Below are positions 1 through 13,260 of a stretch of DNA of 64,000 nt, piece after piece. Made by a program: the position numbers and the translations under genes. The notes under the pieces were generated by a model, which was not told the origin of the DNA, did no database searches, and saw only the letters and a list, made by a program, of their open reading frames with translations. The first letter of the stretch is position 1. Every line of letters starts with the position of its first letter. Location: assembly GCF_006345805.1 (NCBI RefSeq), contig NC_043026.1:6138001-6202000 (forward strand), read 5' to 3'. Source of the DNA: Octopus sinensis (taxonomy: Eukaryota).

Positions 1-56
1 ATAAATATATATATATAGAAATATAATATAAGATCAAAATTCTGTGTGTGTGCATG

Positions 57-111
<55 letters not shown>

Positions 112-134
112 GCACACACTGTCTTACTGGCACT

Positions 135-400
135 TGTGCCCTGTACTAGTAGGGTGCTAAGAGCACCATCTGAGCGTGATCGTTGCCAGAGTGGTTAACT
201 GGCTTCCGTGCTGGTGGCACGTAAAAGTACCCACTACACACTCGGAGTGGTTGGCGTTAGGAAGGGCATCCAGCTGTAGAAACTCTGCCAGATCAAGACT
301 GGAGCCTGGTGCAGCCTTCTGGCTTCGCCAGTCCTCAGTCAAATCGTCCAACCCATGCCAGCATGGAAAACAGATGTTAAATGATGATGATGATGGTGAT
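135..400 (+). mobile_element. Short non-autonomous retroposon with (TGA)n tail; other copies at 2570-2685(+), 2815-3120(-), 8425-8640(-), 26180-26555(+), 29980-30300(-), 34630-34990(-), 37620-37960(-), 57625-57775(-)
   Basis: Recurrent ...GGCGTTAGGAAGGGCATCCAGC...CCCATGCTAGCATGGAAAGCGGACGTTAAACGATGATG end; the tail resembles the RTE tails in this window. Confidence 0.8.
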
Positions 401-1121
401 GAGGTTGAATGCGAGATGCCCTTCTTCTAACGAGACGAGGTAATCATCTTACTCGTTTGGATGTTTGTAAATACTTGTGTCTTTTTGTTGTGTTTGTTCC
501 CCACGACTGATTGACAACCGGTGTTGGTTTGTTTATGGTCTTGTAATGTAACATTTGTCCAAGAAAATGCTAGAGTAAGGAGAAGACGAATAAGTACTGC
601 GATTAATTTGTTCCACTGAACCTTTAAATGCAGTGCCCCAGTTGGGCCACAATCCAGTACTTGAAATGAGTCAGAGATAAAAGATGTCTTCACATAATCC
701 GGGATATAACTTAAAATCTTCCAAAGTGTAATCTCCGTTGTTTTATTTGAAGTATCCTCTATAATTTCTGCCGTTTCTCTCTTATTTCAGATTACCGGAT
801 AACATTGGATTAAAGGATTTCTTTGACTTTGGATTCGTCATCAATATTTATCGTCTTTCAAAGACTAAACAAAATTGTTACAGAGAACAGATATATTCCT
901 GTTCATACAAAGAAGGTAATAATTCTTGTGGCTGAAGCAAAATTCCTCTTTGATGGCCATTTTGGGTTCCTCTTAAACTTGGATTACAAAAGAGTTGGCA
1001 ACATCTTCAGATATTGAGGAAAATAATTAATTTTTGTTAAGATTAAAGTCTTGTAAAGATTTGCCATTTGTGGTGAGGAATGAGAAATAACGAGAAGCGA
1101 AATATGTGATGACGATGTGAA

Positions 1122-1940
1122 ATGCTGACGGAACGTGTTGACTTGAATGAGGAGATGCCAAAGGAAAAAGAAAAGAAATCACACGAATGTGATATCTGTA
1201 AAAAGTCCTTTGGTCGAAACCACACCCTCACCATTCACAAACGTAGCCATACAGGTGAGAAACGGTTCCACTGTGACACCTGTGGTAAGCCATTTGCTGA
1301 AAATCACCAATTGACCAAACACATACGCATCCATACAGGTGAGAGACCCTACCATTGCGACACCTGTGGTAAATCGTTCTCTCGGTCTGACCACTTGACC
1401 AAACACAAACGCATTCATGCAGGTGACAAGCGATTTCACTGCGATGTCTGTGGAAAATCGTTCTACCAAAATCACGACTTAACCAAACACAAATACATTC
1501 ATACAGGTGAGAAACATTATCAGTGTGATATCTGTAGTAAATCCTTCACCCGGTCTGACCATTTAATTAAGCATGAAACTGTTCATACAGGTGAGAAACC
1601 ATATAACTGTGATACCTGTGGTAAATCATTCTCTCGAAACGAACACTTGACTGCTCACAAGCGCATTCATACAGGTGAGAAGCCGTATCAGTGTCTTATC
1701 TGTGGTCAGTCTTTCTCTGAAGGGGGCACCTTGACTAAACACAGGCGTATTCATACAGGTGAGAGGCCGTTTCATTGTGATGTGTGTGGCAAGTCGTTCC
1801 ATGATGAAAATGGTTTGACTAAACACATACGTGTCCATACAGGTGAGAAACCGTATCAGTGTGATACCTGTGGGAAATCGTTCAGTCAAATGGCTAATTT
1901 AAATAAACACAAACGTATTCATACCAGAGAAACCACCTGA
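1122..1940 (+). CDS. C2H2 (Kruppel-type) zinc-finger protein, 272 aa, 9 tandem fingers
   Basis: Open ORF with nine CxxC-x12-HxxxH units joined by TGEKP/TGERP-like linkers; short charged N-terminus. Confidence 0.93.
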   Translation: MLTERVDLNEEMPKEKEKKSHECDICKKSFGRNHTLTIHKRSHTGEKRFHCDTCGKPFAENHQLTKHIRIHTGERPYHCDTCGKSFSRSDHLTKHKRIHAGDKRFHCDVCGKSFYQNHDLTKHKYIHTGEKHYQCDICSKSFTRSDHLIKHETVHTGEKPYNCDTCGKSFSRNEHLTAHKRIHTGEKPYQCLICGQSFSEGGTLTKHRRIHTGERPFHCDVCGKSFHDENGLTKHIRVHTGEKPYQCDTCGKSFSQMANLNKHKRIHTRETT

Positions 1941-3529
1941 GGGATATTTTTGATAAATCATTCTACTGAAACGGGGACAAGAAGACATAAAAACATTTAC
2001 ACTGAAGAGAAACCGTATAATTCTGATAAATATGGAAAATCTTTCTCTCCAAAGAGACAGGTAACTACACATGTATATATTCAGAGAGAAGAGCAACTGT
2101 ATTGATATTATAAATGTTTGAGTGAAAAAAATATTTTTGTAGCAATAAATGTCTTGACACAGCAAAGAAGATTTCGTAGTCTTTGTAACATCCTTATTAA
2201 CTCTATACATGACTAAAAGCATAGCTACACAAATGCTTGTCTTGCTGTTTTTTTGCCCAGAATCAGTAATATTTTACAGCCTCTTGTATTAGAATATGGT
2301 GGCATCGTTTTTCAGACAATAGTTTTTTTGCAGTTCTGTGTTGAAGCAAATATCGTGCTGCGTTTTCCGTTTTGTTCTTCTGAAAAGTCTTTGAAAAAGA
2401 TGACGGCATCGGTCAGCATCTGCCTACCAATAATGTTGTCACTGCTTCTGTCCCTGATGTGGTGGGAACGCATCGCAGCTTGTCTTTGTGAAATTGCACA
2501 TTCTTCATGCATGACAAATTGTTCGAATGGTAAAAGAGTTTCTTCAAAATGGTTGTAATAAATTAATCATTCAGCTGGAGCCTGGTGCAGCCATCTGGTT
2601 CGCCAGTCCTCAGTGAAATCGCCCAACCCATGCTAGCATGGAAAGCGGACGTTAAACGATGATGATGATGATGATGATGGTGATGGAAGGAAGAGCAAGC
2701 CTTCTTCTATCATACTCTCAATTTTGGTCAACTTGCGCCGCAGGGTCTCGGAGGAGATAGTGTTAGGTGAAGGCTACCAAACCTGCCACACACACAACTT
2801 CAGCTTTATATCATTATCATCATCATCGTTTAACGTCCGCTTTCCATGCTAGCATGGGTTGGACGGTTCAACTGGGGACTGGGAAGCCAGGAGGCTGCAC
2901 CAGGCTCCAATCTGATGTGGCAGTGTTTCTACGGCTGGATGCCCTTCCTAACGCCAACCACTCCGTGAGTGTAGTGGGTGCTTTTTACGTGCCAGACGAG
3001 GCTGGCAAACGGCCACGGTCGGATGGTGCTTTTTATGTGCCACCAGCACGGAGGCCAGTCAGGGAGGCGCTGGCTACGGCCACGTTCGAATGGTTCTCTT
3101 ACGTGCCACCAGCACTGGTATCACAGCTACAAATTCCATTGATGTTGATGTTATATATAGAGAGATATGAATCTCTCACAAGATGGAGTACTTTTGTTGA
3201 TCTTACAATCACGGAACAGTTCATTATGTGATGGACTCTCCCATCAAAGATGATGAGTGTTTGATTTTTGCCGATTGATCTGCAGAGACGATTTGTTCTG
3301 AGTGATCAAATATTGATGCCGTGCATTAGTACACTTGCTCCATCATATTGATGTCGTCTGAACAGAGGCACACTGTGCCACGTGTCACGGGTTGAAGTGG
3401 TTGCACAGCGGCATGAGATGAGGTGTTTTGCTCAAGAAAACAACACACCACCCAGCCTTGGAATTGAAACCACGATCGCTAGGATGATGAGTGTGACACC
3501 CTAGCGATGAGGACAGGCACTCTCCCCCC

Positions 3530-3990
3530 ACTACACACACACACACGTACAAGCCCAGAAACATGCACAAACACAAATACACACAGACAAGCACATACAA
3601 ATACATGCACACACACACACAAATACACACAGACAAGCACATACAAATACATGCACACACACACACACACACACACAAGCACACACACAAATACACACAC
3701 ATCAAACGCACAGACATACACACAAATACATGCACACACACACGCACACACAAGCACACAAGCACACACACACATCAAACACACACATACACACAAATAC
3801 ATGCACACACACACACATACACACGCACACACACAAATACACACACATCAAACGCACAGACATACACACAAATACATGCACACACACACACAAATACACA
3901 CATACAAACAAGCACACACACACAAATACACACACACGCACACACACATACAAATGCACACACACACACACACACAAGCACACCCACCCA
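3530..3990. repeat. Compound (CA)-rich microsatellite; other long tracts include (TAA)n in introns 1, (TAG)n in introns 4, (GATA)n at 17490-17860, 20460-20640 and 59270-59780, and (CT)n before the first coding exons
   Basis: Direct inspection; these tracts explain the low-complexity ORFs in the track. Confidence 0.95.
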
Positions 3991-4287
3991 CCCACCCACT
4001 GCCTTTCAATGACAAAACTGGCTTCCAACTGAACAACTTGCATAAAATCCCGTCTCTTTGTCTCTAATGTCTCCGGATGACTTAGCAAACATAATTTTCC
4101 TCTTAAACATTTCTCTGAGGCAAAAGAAATCCATAACAACAAACAACAACAACAAGAACAACCACAATGTCTTGTCTGTGAAACATCAATGCTTGATTGA
4201 TTCGTTTAAGGCAGACCAACCTGTCGGAATCGTTAGAATGCCTGACGACATCTCGTTATGCTTTTTTTCATGAAAGGATTCTCTCTC

Positions 4288-4687
4288 TTTCTCTTTTGCT
4301 TGTTTCAGTCATGTGACTGCGGCCATGCTGGAGCACTGCCTTTAGTCGAGCAAATCGACCCCGGGACTTATTCTTTGTAAGCCCAGTACTTATTCTATCG
4401 GTCTCTTTTGCCGAACCGCTAAGTAACGGGGACGTAAACACACCACCATCGGTTGTCAAGCGATGCTAGGGGGACACACAAACACACATACACACACACA
4501 CACATACTTACATATATATACATATATACGACAGGCTTCTTTCAGTTTCCGTCTACCAAATCCACTCGCAAGGCATTGGTCAGCCCGGGGCTATAGCAGA
4601 AGACACTTGCCCAAGGTGCTACGCAGTGGGACTGAACCCGGAACCATGTGGTTGGTTAGCAAGCTACTTACCACACAGCCACTCCTT
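4288..4687 (-). mobile_element. Dominant about 400-bp tRNA-derived SINE; other copies at 5537-5940(+), 16217-16610(+), 23900-24300(+), 24437-24815(+), 39165-39572(-), 41860-42258(-), 43518-43876(-), 45922-46345(+), 63245-63638(-), plus partials
   Basis: Head GGCGCAGGAGTGGCTGTGTGGTAAG...GGTTCAGTCCC (A/B-box-like), central (TA)(TG) microsatellite and AAGAGTA-repeat tail. Confidence 0.88.
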
Positions 4688-5117
4688 TCTGAGATGACTT
4701 TCTGCTGAGGTCGACTTTGCCTGTCGTCTTTTCGGGGGTCGATAAATGAAGTACCAGTTGTATACTGGGGGAATCAATGGTGGTGTTTGGGAGAGGGTGG
4801 TGGTGGTGGTGATGTTGGTGGTAGTTGTAGACGGTGTGGTGTTGGTGGTGAAGGTGGTGGCACTAGTGATGTGGTGATGTGGTGGTGTCATCTTTGCTGA
4901 AAGTGCACAATGTCGGGGACAAAACAACTCAGACGAAGTGATGAAATCGAATTATTGATTAACCAAACCAATCGATTGGTTAATTGGTTTAATAACAAAA
5001 TAGTTGGCCGATAACACTAATTTTCGTGCAAGGTCAGTGATTTTGAGGGGAGGGGTATAAGCCAATTTTTCCCTGTAAGTTTGGAATCATATTCCCTAAT
5101 ATTATTATCATCATCAT

Positions 5118-5159
<42 letters not shown>

Positions 5160-5377
5160 GTTTGTATACACTTTGTATTAACCAAATTCAACCGCAGGGC
5201 ATTGGCTAGCCTAAGGCTATAAAAAAAGGCACTTGCTCTAGCCACCCGTAGCAGGACTGAACTTGAAACCACGTGTTTGAAAAGCAACCTTCTAAACGAC
5301 ATAGCAACGCCATTTCTCGTTAAGCTTCGTTAAACATATTACACCTGTGATCAGATACACATGCTTAATATAACGTG

Positions 5378-8300
5378 TCTTTGCAGCCTTATATCGATCA
5401 TGCTGTGTCTTTACCGTGAAGCAGACCATAACGAGATGTATTTATAAATTAATACACTTGGATTTACTTAATTAATCAGTCGTTACAGAATTTGTTTGTA
5501 CATGAATCAGTCAATTATTGGTGATGTTTAATGAGAATTTCTCATGAGTGGCTGTGTGGTAAGTAGCTTGCTAACCAACCACATGGTTCCGGGTTTAGTC
5601 CCACTGCGTGGCATCTTGGGCAAGTGTCTTCTGCTATAGCCCCGGGCCGACCAATGCCTTGTGAGTGGATTTGGTAGACGGAAACTGAAAGAAGCCTGTT
5701 GTATATATGTATATATATGTGTGTGTGCGTGTATGTTTGTGTTTGTCCCCCTAGCATTGCTTGACAACCGATGCTGGTGTGTTTATGTCCCCGTCACTTA
5801 GCGGTTCGGCAAAAGATACCGATAGAATAAGTACTGGGCTTACAAAGAATAAGTCCCGGGGTCGAGTTGCTCGACTAAAGGCGGTGCTCCAGCATGGCCG
5901 CAGTCAAATGACTGAAACAAGTAAGAGAGTAAAAGAGTAAGTAATTGATAAACATACATACACATACACCCGACTGACACAAATACACACACATACACTT
6001 ATGTGCACAAATGTGTGTGTATATATATATATATACATATATTTTATTTATGCACCCTTTTCAAGCCTATCCAGGCTCACGGGCCCGGTTTCCTGGTTTC
6101 TGCGGCGTATGTGTTCCCCGCCAGATGGACGGGACGCCAGTCCATCGCAGCGTTACTCAAAAAACAGGAAGGGAGAGAGAGTGAGAGAAGGCTGGGGCGA
6201 AAGAGTACAACAGGGCTCGCCCCCAGCCCCTGCTGGAGCCTCGTGGAGCTCTCGGCGTTTTCGCTCAATAAACACACACAACGTCCGGTCTGGGAATCGA
6301 AACCGCGATCCTCTAACCGTGAGAATTATTTAAATAATGATGCGTAGATAATGGATTGAAAGTCACAAGAGAAGATAGAAAGAGAACCAGAAGAGAAGGA
6401 TTTCGGATCGAAAGGTTAATGTGGAAACTTTATTCGGTGACAATAGCTGACATGTGCTCAGTGGTGGTGGTCATATTGGTATGGATGGTGCTCAACAACA
6501 ACGGTGCTTGCATTAGACATAAACTGGGATTGGTTAGTTTTGTCTCAGACGGATGAAGATGGCCATGGAATCGGCGACTCCGTATCCTGAAAATAACAAC
6601 AAAAACAACAACATCAATAACAACCACTACTACTACTACTACTACTATAACTACTACTACTACTACTACTATTGCTGCTGCTACTACCACTACTACTACT
6701 ACTTCTACATCTACCAGGGTTAATAGAACAATAAGAGCTGAGATCGTTATGATCAGCTAAACTCTTCCAGGTGGTACTCCAGCTTGGCCACAGTTCAATG
6801 ATCTGAATCAAATGAAAGGCAAAGGTAAAGATTGCATTGAATTAATAAATAAATAATTGATCCAAGTCAATTGTTTGTCATCATTTATTTCTCCATTTTC
6901 TGTTTCTTTAAATTCTGATTCTTAAGAAATTCCTGTTGATCCTTCTCTTTACCTGTAATTTATGAAACAGAATATGCTTGCATGTGTGTGCCCAGGGTTA
7001 AACATAGCTGAATACTGGTAGTGTAATGGCTACACCTATCCCTCAGATGGTTATTTTAACCTCCAACTCAACTAACCCTATACATACATATATATATATA
7101 TATATATGATGGGCTTCTTTCAGTTTCCATCCACAAAATCCACTCACAAGGCTGTGGTTGGCCAAGGCTATAGTAGAAGACACTTGCCCAAGGTGCCTCA
7201 AGTTGAACTGAACCCAGAACCATGCGGTCGAGAAGCAAGCTTCTTACCACACAGTCACTCCTGCCACCTAAAATATTTTGGTATGGTTTCCGTGATTCTT
7301 GGAAATAATAAAAAGTGTTCTGTGGTTAAATATGTTTCTGGTAACGTTTCTCTAAGAAGGAAAGAGAGAATTATAAAGACCCCAAACAATGAGGTGATAC
7401 TTACCATCTTCCCATTTGATTTTTGAAGTTGTGTCAGAGTAAAGGATTTTAGGAAAATAGTTTGATTTCTCCCAATCACAAGTAAGGAAAGCTTCATTGA
7501 TAGTCAACCAACCAAGATCTTTTGGACAACCTTCATGCCAGTGTGAAACATAAAAACGGCGTTTGTTACTGTAAAAGAAAAAAGGGTCCACTTTCAGGTG
7601 TTGTCGCTCTTATTATTTGATATTGCTGAAGTTACAAAGCAGTCGAGATATAAAATAGCAAAGTAATAAACTCGCCCCTCGTTACTGAGAAAATTTGTCT
7701 CTTTTGTCTAGGGAGAGTCATTTTCTTTTTGTGCCTATAATGTAACAACACTCACCGGTAAAATTTCCACTTATTTCTTATTTTTTTTTCCTAAAATTTT
7801 CGTTGCGTCTTGCAACCTTTTCAATAGTCTTGACTTTCAAAAAAAGAAAATGACTCTCCCCAGACACAACAGAATATGCTTCAATACACAAACTCACATA
7901 AAGAATCTTGCAAACCAAATCCCAAAACGAAATCCTTTATGTCTTGTAACTGGAAACAAACAACTCTTGAAAGTTTTACACACGTGTGCATGCAAACTCA
8001 CAAACAAATAGATAGATAGATAGATAATTAGCCAGACAGATGGATAGATAGATATAATATATATATATATAGATAGATAGATAGCCAGACAGATAGATAG
8101 ATAGATAGATAGATAGATAACCAGACAGATGGATAGATAACCAGACAGATGGATAGATAGTTACCTAGCTAGCTAGCTAGATGGATGGATGGATAGATAT
8201 TACATAATGTAAAATGGTAAGAACTTACTCAATTCCAACGATTGAGAAACAATTTGTCGCATCTGATGCTAGATCGCTCCATGGGGAACTTTTCAGCTTT

Positions 8301-9840
8301 TCCTGAGTGAACCAGCTTTCAAGGCTTGTATTTCGCCCATCAAACACCATCGTTACCACAGCACTTTGGTTTTTGTACAACACAAGCTTCACCTGAAGAA
8401 ATGACGAGTTTCATATATATATACATCATCATCATCATCATCATCGTCGTTTAGCGTCCGTTTTCCATGCTAGCATGGGTTGGACGGTTCTACTGGGGTC
8501 TGTGAAGCCAGAAGGCTTCATCAGGCCCAGTCAAATCTGGCAGTGTTTCTACGGCTGGATGCCCTTCCTAACGCCAACCACTCCGTGAGTGTAGTGGGTG
8601 CTTTTTACGTGCCACCCGCACAGGTGCCAGACAGAGCTGGCAAAATATATATATATATATATACATCTATATATATGGAAATAATTTTATTCTCAAACGC
8701 AGTAAATTCCATTGGTTCGACCACAGTCGAACAATGACGGTGATGATTGCTGCACCTCTTATGTTTCCATAGCTTACACCTTGTACATCGTATGGAGTTT
8801 CTACCTGCACCTTTTCTACGGATTGAGGAGGGTCGTTTACCTGTCTTTGAAGTGGGTGAGGGGGTCTGCAAGAGCATTCTTCATCAATAAGACTACAGTC
8901 ACCAAGTCTAAACTTAGCAAACCACTTCCGTACAGTTCTTTCAGCTAAAGTACCTTCGCCGTACACAACACATATCTTCTTTGTTACTGGCAAGGCATTT
9001 TTTGCCTTTACGGAAATCAGAAAAAAAAGCATCAACTGTCTAAAATGCACCTAAGAATCTTCCATTTTCATAAGGATGCAAAATTGATACGATTTAAGTA
9101 ATTTTAAACTTTCTTTCTCAGTGTGAAGTATGGGCTAACTGGAAATGTTACCATATTATATATGTCAATAAATTTGATGTGTTGTAACGTGTTGGAACAT
9201 GAACGACTAAGAATGGCATGAACTTTCCAGACAATCCAATATATGTATATATATATATATGAAAGCAATGGATATAAAAATGACTGGTGTTGCGAATAAC
9301 CGCCCGACTGAATAGAAATCCCTTATACACATCACAAACAGTAATGGATTAAAATAGCTATTTATGTATCATATTGAAAACAAATACAAAAACAGGCAAA
9401 TTTAACTGTGGCATTCTTCAAGAGTATATACAGCATCAGAATAGGTGTATACATACCTCATCAATTTGAAGTTCGTTCCAGATATCAAGCAGAGGGTGTC
9501 GGAAAAAATTCGGACAATAGCTACCAACACATTTGTCCACATTCCATGTTGAAGGATGGCCTTTTTTTAATATGGAATCATAGATTAACGAGTTTGCTCC
9601 CATTGATATGGCATAGGTTTTAATCCATTCACTGCCTGAAATAACGACAACAACAACAACAATAATAACAACATCCTGAAGCAGACATTTAAGATAAAAA
9701 TGACAGAACGATCCAGGCTAATTAACATAATCATTAAAGAGATTAAAGACATAATCATTAAAGAGATTAAAGACATAATCATTAAAGAGAAAGAAGAAAA
9801 CACTTGTAGACTAATGAATGTAAATGATCCCACTGATAGA
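5378..9840. repeat. Outer inverted-repeat arm (gene A side), mirrored at about 55900-63830
   Basis: Blocks 5378-5940, 6360-8420 and 8850-9840 are near-identical reverse complements of 63245-63830, 59020-61650 and 55900-56910. Confidence 0.9.
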
Positions 9841-9845
9841 AATAG

Positions 9846-9879
<34 letters not shown>

Positions 9880-9889
9880 TAAAAATAAA

Positions 9890-9930
<41 letters not shown>

Positions 9931-10259
9931 TAAAATAAAAATAATAATAATATATATAATAAATAATAATAATAATAAAAAATATAAAATAATAATAATA
10001 AATATAATAATAATAAAAATAATATAATAATATATAATAATAATAATAATAATAAAAATATATAATAATAATGATAATAATAAAAATACAATAATAATAA
10101 TAATAAAATATAATAATAAAAATACAATAATGATAATAATAATAATAATAAAATTATTATAATAATAATAATAATAAAAATATAATAATAATAATAATGA
10201 AAATATAATAATAATAATAATAATAAAAATATATAATAATAATAATAATAATAATAAAA

Positions 10260-10300
<41 letters not shown>

Positions 10301-11136
10301 TATAGTAATAATAATAATAATAAAAATAATAATAATAATAATAAAAATATATAATAATAAAAATGATAATAATAAAAGTAATAATAATAAAAATATATAA
10401 TGATAATAATAATGATAATAAAAAAAATAATAATAATATTAATAATAAGCAAAATATAATAATAATAATGATAATAATAATAATAATAATAATAATATTT
10501 TTCCCCCATGAAAAAAACTGGTGGGAACACAAACCACCCCCAGTGCTTGAAAATGACCACATCTCACTCCTCTGGAACTTCACCATTCAAACTGACAGAA
10601 AGATAGATGCAAATAGGCCAGACATCAATTTTGAAAGACTTCAGACAAAGAACATGCCTCTTCATTGATATGACTGTCCCAATCGATATAAACGTATCTG
10701 TCAAGACCTACCAAAAACTGAGCAAATATAAAGATCTTGAAATAGAAATCAGCAAAATGTGGAAGCTGAAGACTAAAACAATACCTGTTGTCATAGGTGC
10801 CCTGGGAATGATAGCAAAAGGGGCTGATAGCTACCTAACTCAGATACCAGGAACCCAAAAATGGCAGAAATTCAAAAGATATGCTCATGGGAACTGCTCA
10901 TATCCTACCAAAATACTTTCTATGTAATCTCAAGGTTTAAACAAACATAATATTTTCGGTTTAAAAAAAAAAAAAAAAACTTTTTTTTAGACATTCATTA
11001 GTACAACACCCCCACCCCCCAAATATATGGCACACTAGGCATAACAACAACATGAACTTCCAACCTGTTGTCTCTTGAGGTATCTGGTGAGACTTGGAGC
11101 CAACTTGTACAATATAAAGCAAAGTCAAACATAGAA

Positions 11137-11178
<42 letters not shown>

Positions 11179-11701
11179 TAAAAATATAATAATAATAATA
11201 ATAATAATAAAATGATAATAAAAATAATAATAACAATATATAATAATAATAATAATAAAATAATAATAATAATAATAATAACAATAATAATAATAATAAT
11301 AATAAAAAAATATAATAATAATAATAAAATAATAATAAAAATATAATAATAATAATAATAATAATGATAAAAAATAATAATAACAATATATAATAATATA
11401 ATAAAAATAATAAAAATAATAATAATAAAATAATAATAATAAAAATATAATAATAATAATAATAATGATAATAAAAATAATAATAACAATATAATAATAA
11501 TAATAATAAAATAATAAAATATAATAATAAATAATAATAAAAAATAATAATAATAATAATAATAATGATAATAAAAATAATAATAACATATATAATAATA
11601 AAATAATCATAAATAATAATAATAATAAAATAATAATAAAAATAATATAATAATAATAATATAATGATATGAAATAAAAATAATAATAACAATATATAAT
11701 G

Positions 11702-11741
<40 letters not shown>

Positions 11742-12051
11742 TAATGCTTCACTTACTTCTATAGTAGGACATCTCGTTGTTGTCCTGTCCACTGCTGACT
11801 GTCATAATACTTTTTGGTGAGTAATTCTTACAAGTACGGTTGACTTTGTTGTAAGAAAAGAATTCCGATTGACTGTTTAGAGCGATGAGAGAACATTCCA
11901 GAAGACTTCGGCTTGGGTAGAATTTCTCTGTTGGAGGAGTTTGAAGATAAGTATAGGAGTAACCAGGACCCAAAGAGTTGTAGAAGGCTTCATCAAATTC
12001 CTGATTCGAGGAAACGGTCAGAATCGTTGCAAGGATTAGAAGCAACAGCAT
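6534..12051 (-). CDS. Paralogue A: secreted protein, signal peptide + PAN/apple-like segment + uncharacterised C-terminal domain, 284 aa, 3' type T1
   Basis: Coding exons 12051-11757 (295 nt), 9635-9457 (179), 8392-8229 (164), 7568-7405 (164), 6586-6534 (53). All introns GT-AG with matching phases 1,0,2,1. AATAAA at 6434-6429. Starts [15 protein letters not shown] and ends ...AIFIRLRQN*. Confidence 0.88.
10500..11135 (+). mobile_element. 5'-truncated restriction-like-endonuclease (R4/Dong-like) LINE inserted in (TAA)n
   Basis: Frameshifted ORF LLWNFTIQTDRKIDANRPDI...LFIDMTVP...KLSKYKDL...IPVVIGALG, flanked on both sides by (TAA)n. Confidence 0.8.
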
Positions 12052-12130
12052 TTTTGGTTTTGACTGGAATGGGAGAAGAAAATTGGAACACTTTCGTTTT
12101 AGGATCATGAGAGAGTGTGAGAGAGAGTGG

Positions 12131-12162
<32 letters not shown>

Positions 12163-12659
12163 AGAGAGTGGGAATGTAGAGAGAGGGAGAGAGAGTGAGA
12201 GAGAGAGAGAGAGAGAGTGTGAGAGAGAGTGGGAGAGAGAGAGAGAGAGAGAGAGTGTGAGAGAGAGTGGGAGAGAGAGAGAGAAAGAGGAGTTAGTAAA
12301 AGTTGTCTTATAATGTTTTTTCACGAAACACACATCTCACCTCAAAGGAATTTACATAAAACAGAGAAAAAAACAACTCCCCACCCCCCAAAAAAACAAC
12401 GACAAAAGATAAACACATAAAGTGGCATAGCTGTGTGGTTAAGAAACTCACTAAGAAACTTTGGGGTTTTGAGTTCAGTCCCACTCCACAGCACCTTGGG
12501 CAAGTATTTTGACTCTAGCTCCAGGCCGAACAATGCCTTGTGAGTGGATTAGGCACACGGAGATTGTGTGTGGAATCCCATTGAATATATAAATAATAAA
12601 AATCACAATCTTATGCCCTTGAGCGAGACCAACGTGTTACCTGCTACACCATACAACAT

Positions 12660-12874
12660 TGGTTTTCAACCAGGGTTCCGCGGAACCTTAGGGTTCCGCT
12701 AGTACAGTCCAGGGATTCCGCAAAAAGTTACAAAACTGCTAAAATCGACAGTAATTTTTAATTCTCCTGTGCAGATATGTGTGCATAAAACTATTAAATT
12801 ATTGCACAGGGGTTCCTCAAGCTAGTGGAATGTTTCCTTGGGGTTCCACTCCAGCAAAATGTTTGAAAAGCACT
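12660..12874. mobile_element. hAT-like MITE with 8-bp TSD (CCATACAA); second copy at about 44226-44445
   Basis: CATTGGTTTTCAA...TTGAAAAGCACTG ends; absent at the homologous site upstream of B. Confidence 0.75.
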
Positions 12875-13001
12875 GCCATACAAGATAATCCCAAATCCAA
12901 GCCGCACACATAAAGACATAGACACACACACAGCATTCACACATGCACACACGCACACACACACACACAAAATAAGTGGGAGATTATAAAACAGCCCTTA
13001 C

Positions 13002-13260
13002 CTTTGCTGGTTGACGAAACAGGCAGCACCTATGAGTTTAGTGGTCACCTGAGGCACAGACGTCAGGACTGTCCCCTATTACTGTCCAGTAATGTCCACT
13101 GCTCGAACAACCGTCCACTTTTGTTAGTAATGTCCACAAATATAAAGACTGCCTTCAAATCTCAATATTATCCCCTGCTTCCAAAATCATGACAGAGGGC
13201 AGCACTCTCTTTGAATACCGGACTGTCTGTTGATAGCAACAATGATCCCAGCTGTAACCA
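13002..13260 (-). promoter_or_regulatory. Probable promoter / non-coding first exon of gene A (donor after 13002)
   Basis: CAAAG|GTAAGG donor in gene sense, conserved upstream of all four genes. Matching acceptor TTTTCTTCTCCCATTCCAG lies 12 nt before the signal-peptide ATG (exon start 12063). The 5' boundary is unknown. Confidence 0.55.

Noticed and set aside
1179-1889. Reverse-strand ORFs over the zinc-finger gene
   Set aside because: Typical antisense shadow frames of repetitive C2H2 coding sequence.
3385-4142. His/Thr- and Cys/Val-rich ORFs
   Set aside because: (CA)n compound microsatellite; open in nearly all frames on both strands.
9585-11792. Long I/L/Y/F/N-rich ORFs (up to 333 aa), and similar ORFs at 55107-56164
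   Set aside because: Translations of (TAA)n microsatellites that lack stops in some frames; they lie in intron 1 of genes A and D.
11749-12333. N-terminal extensions MCFVKKH.../MILKRKCSN... of the exon-1 ORFs
   Set aside because: They cross a (CT)n tract and a strong splice acceptor 12 nt before the signal-peptide Met; probably intronic.
13004-13192. Recurrent ORF MLVDETGSTYEFSG... (also 21197-21460, 44511-44849, 50159-50347) and MPCYNNFTTNRGSFCF...
   Set aside because: The first is antisense to the predicted first exon. Both recur because of DNA duplication, have variable stops and indels, and show no protein motif.
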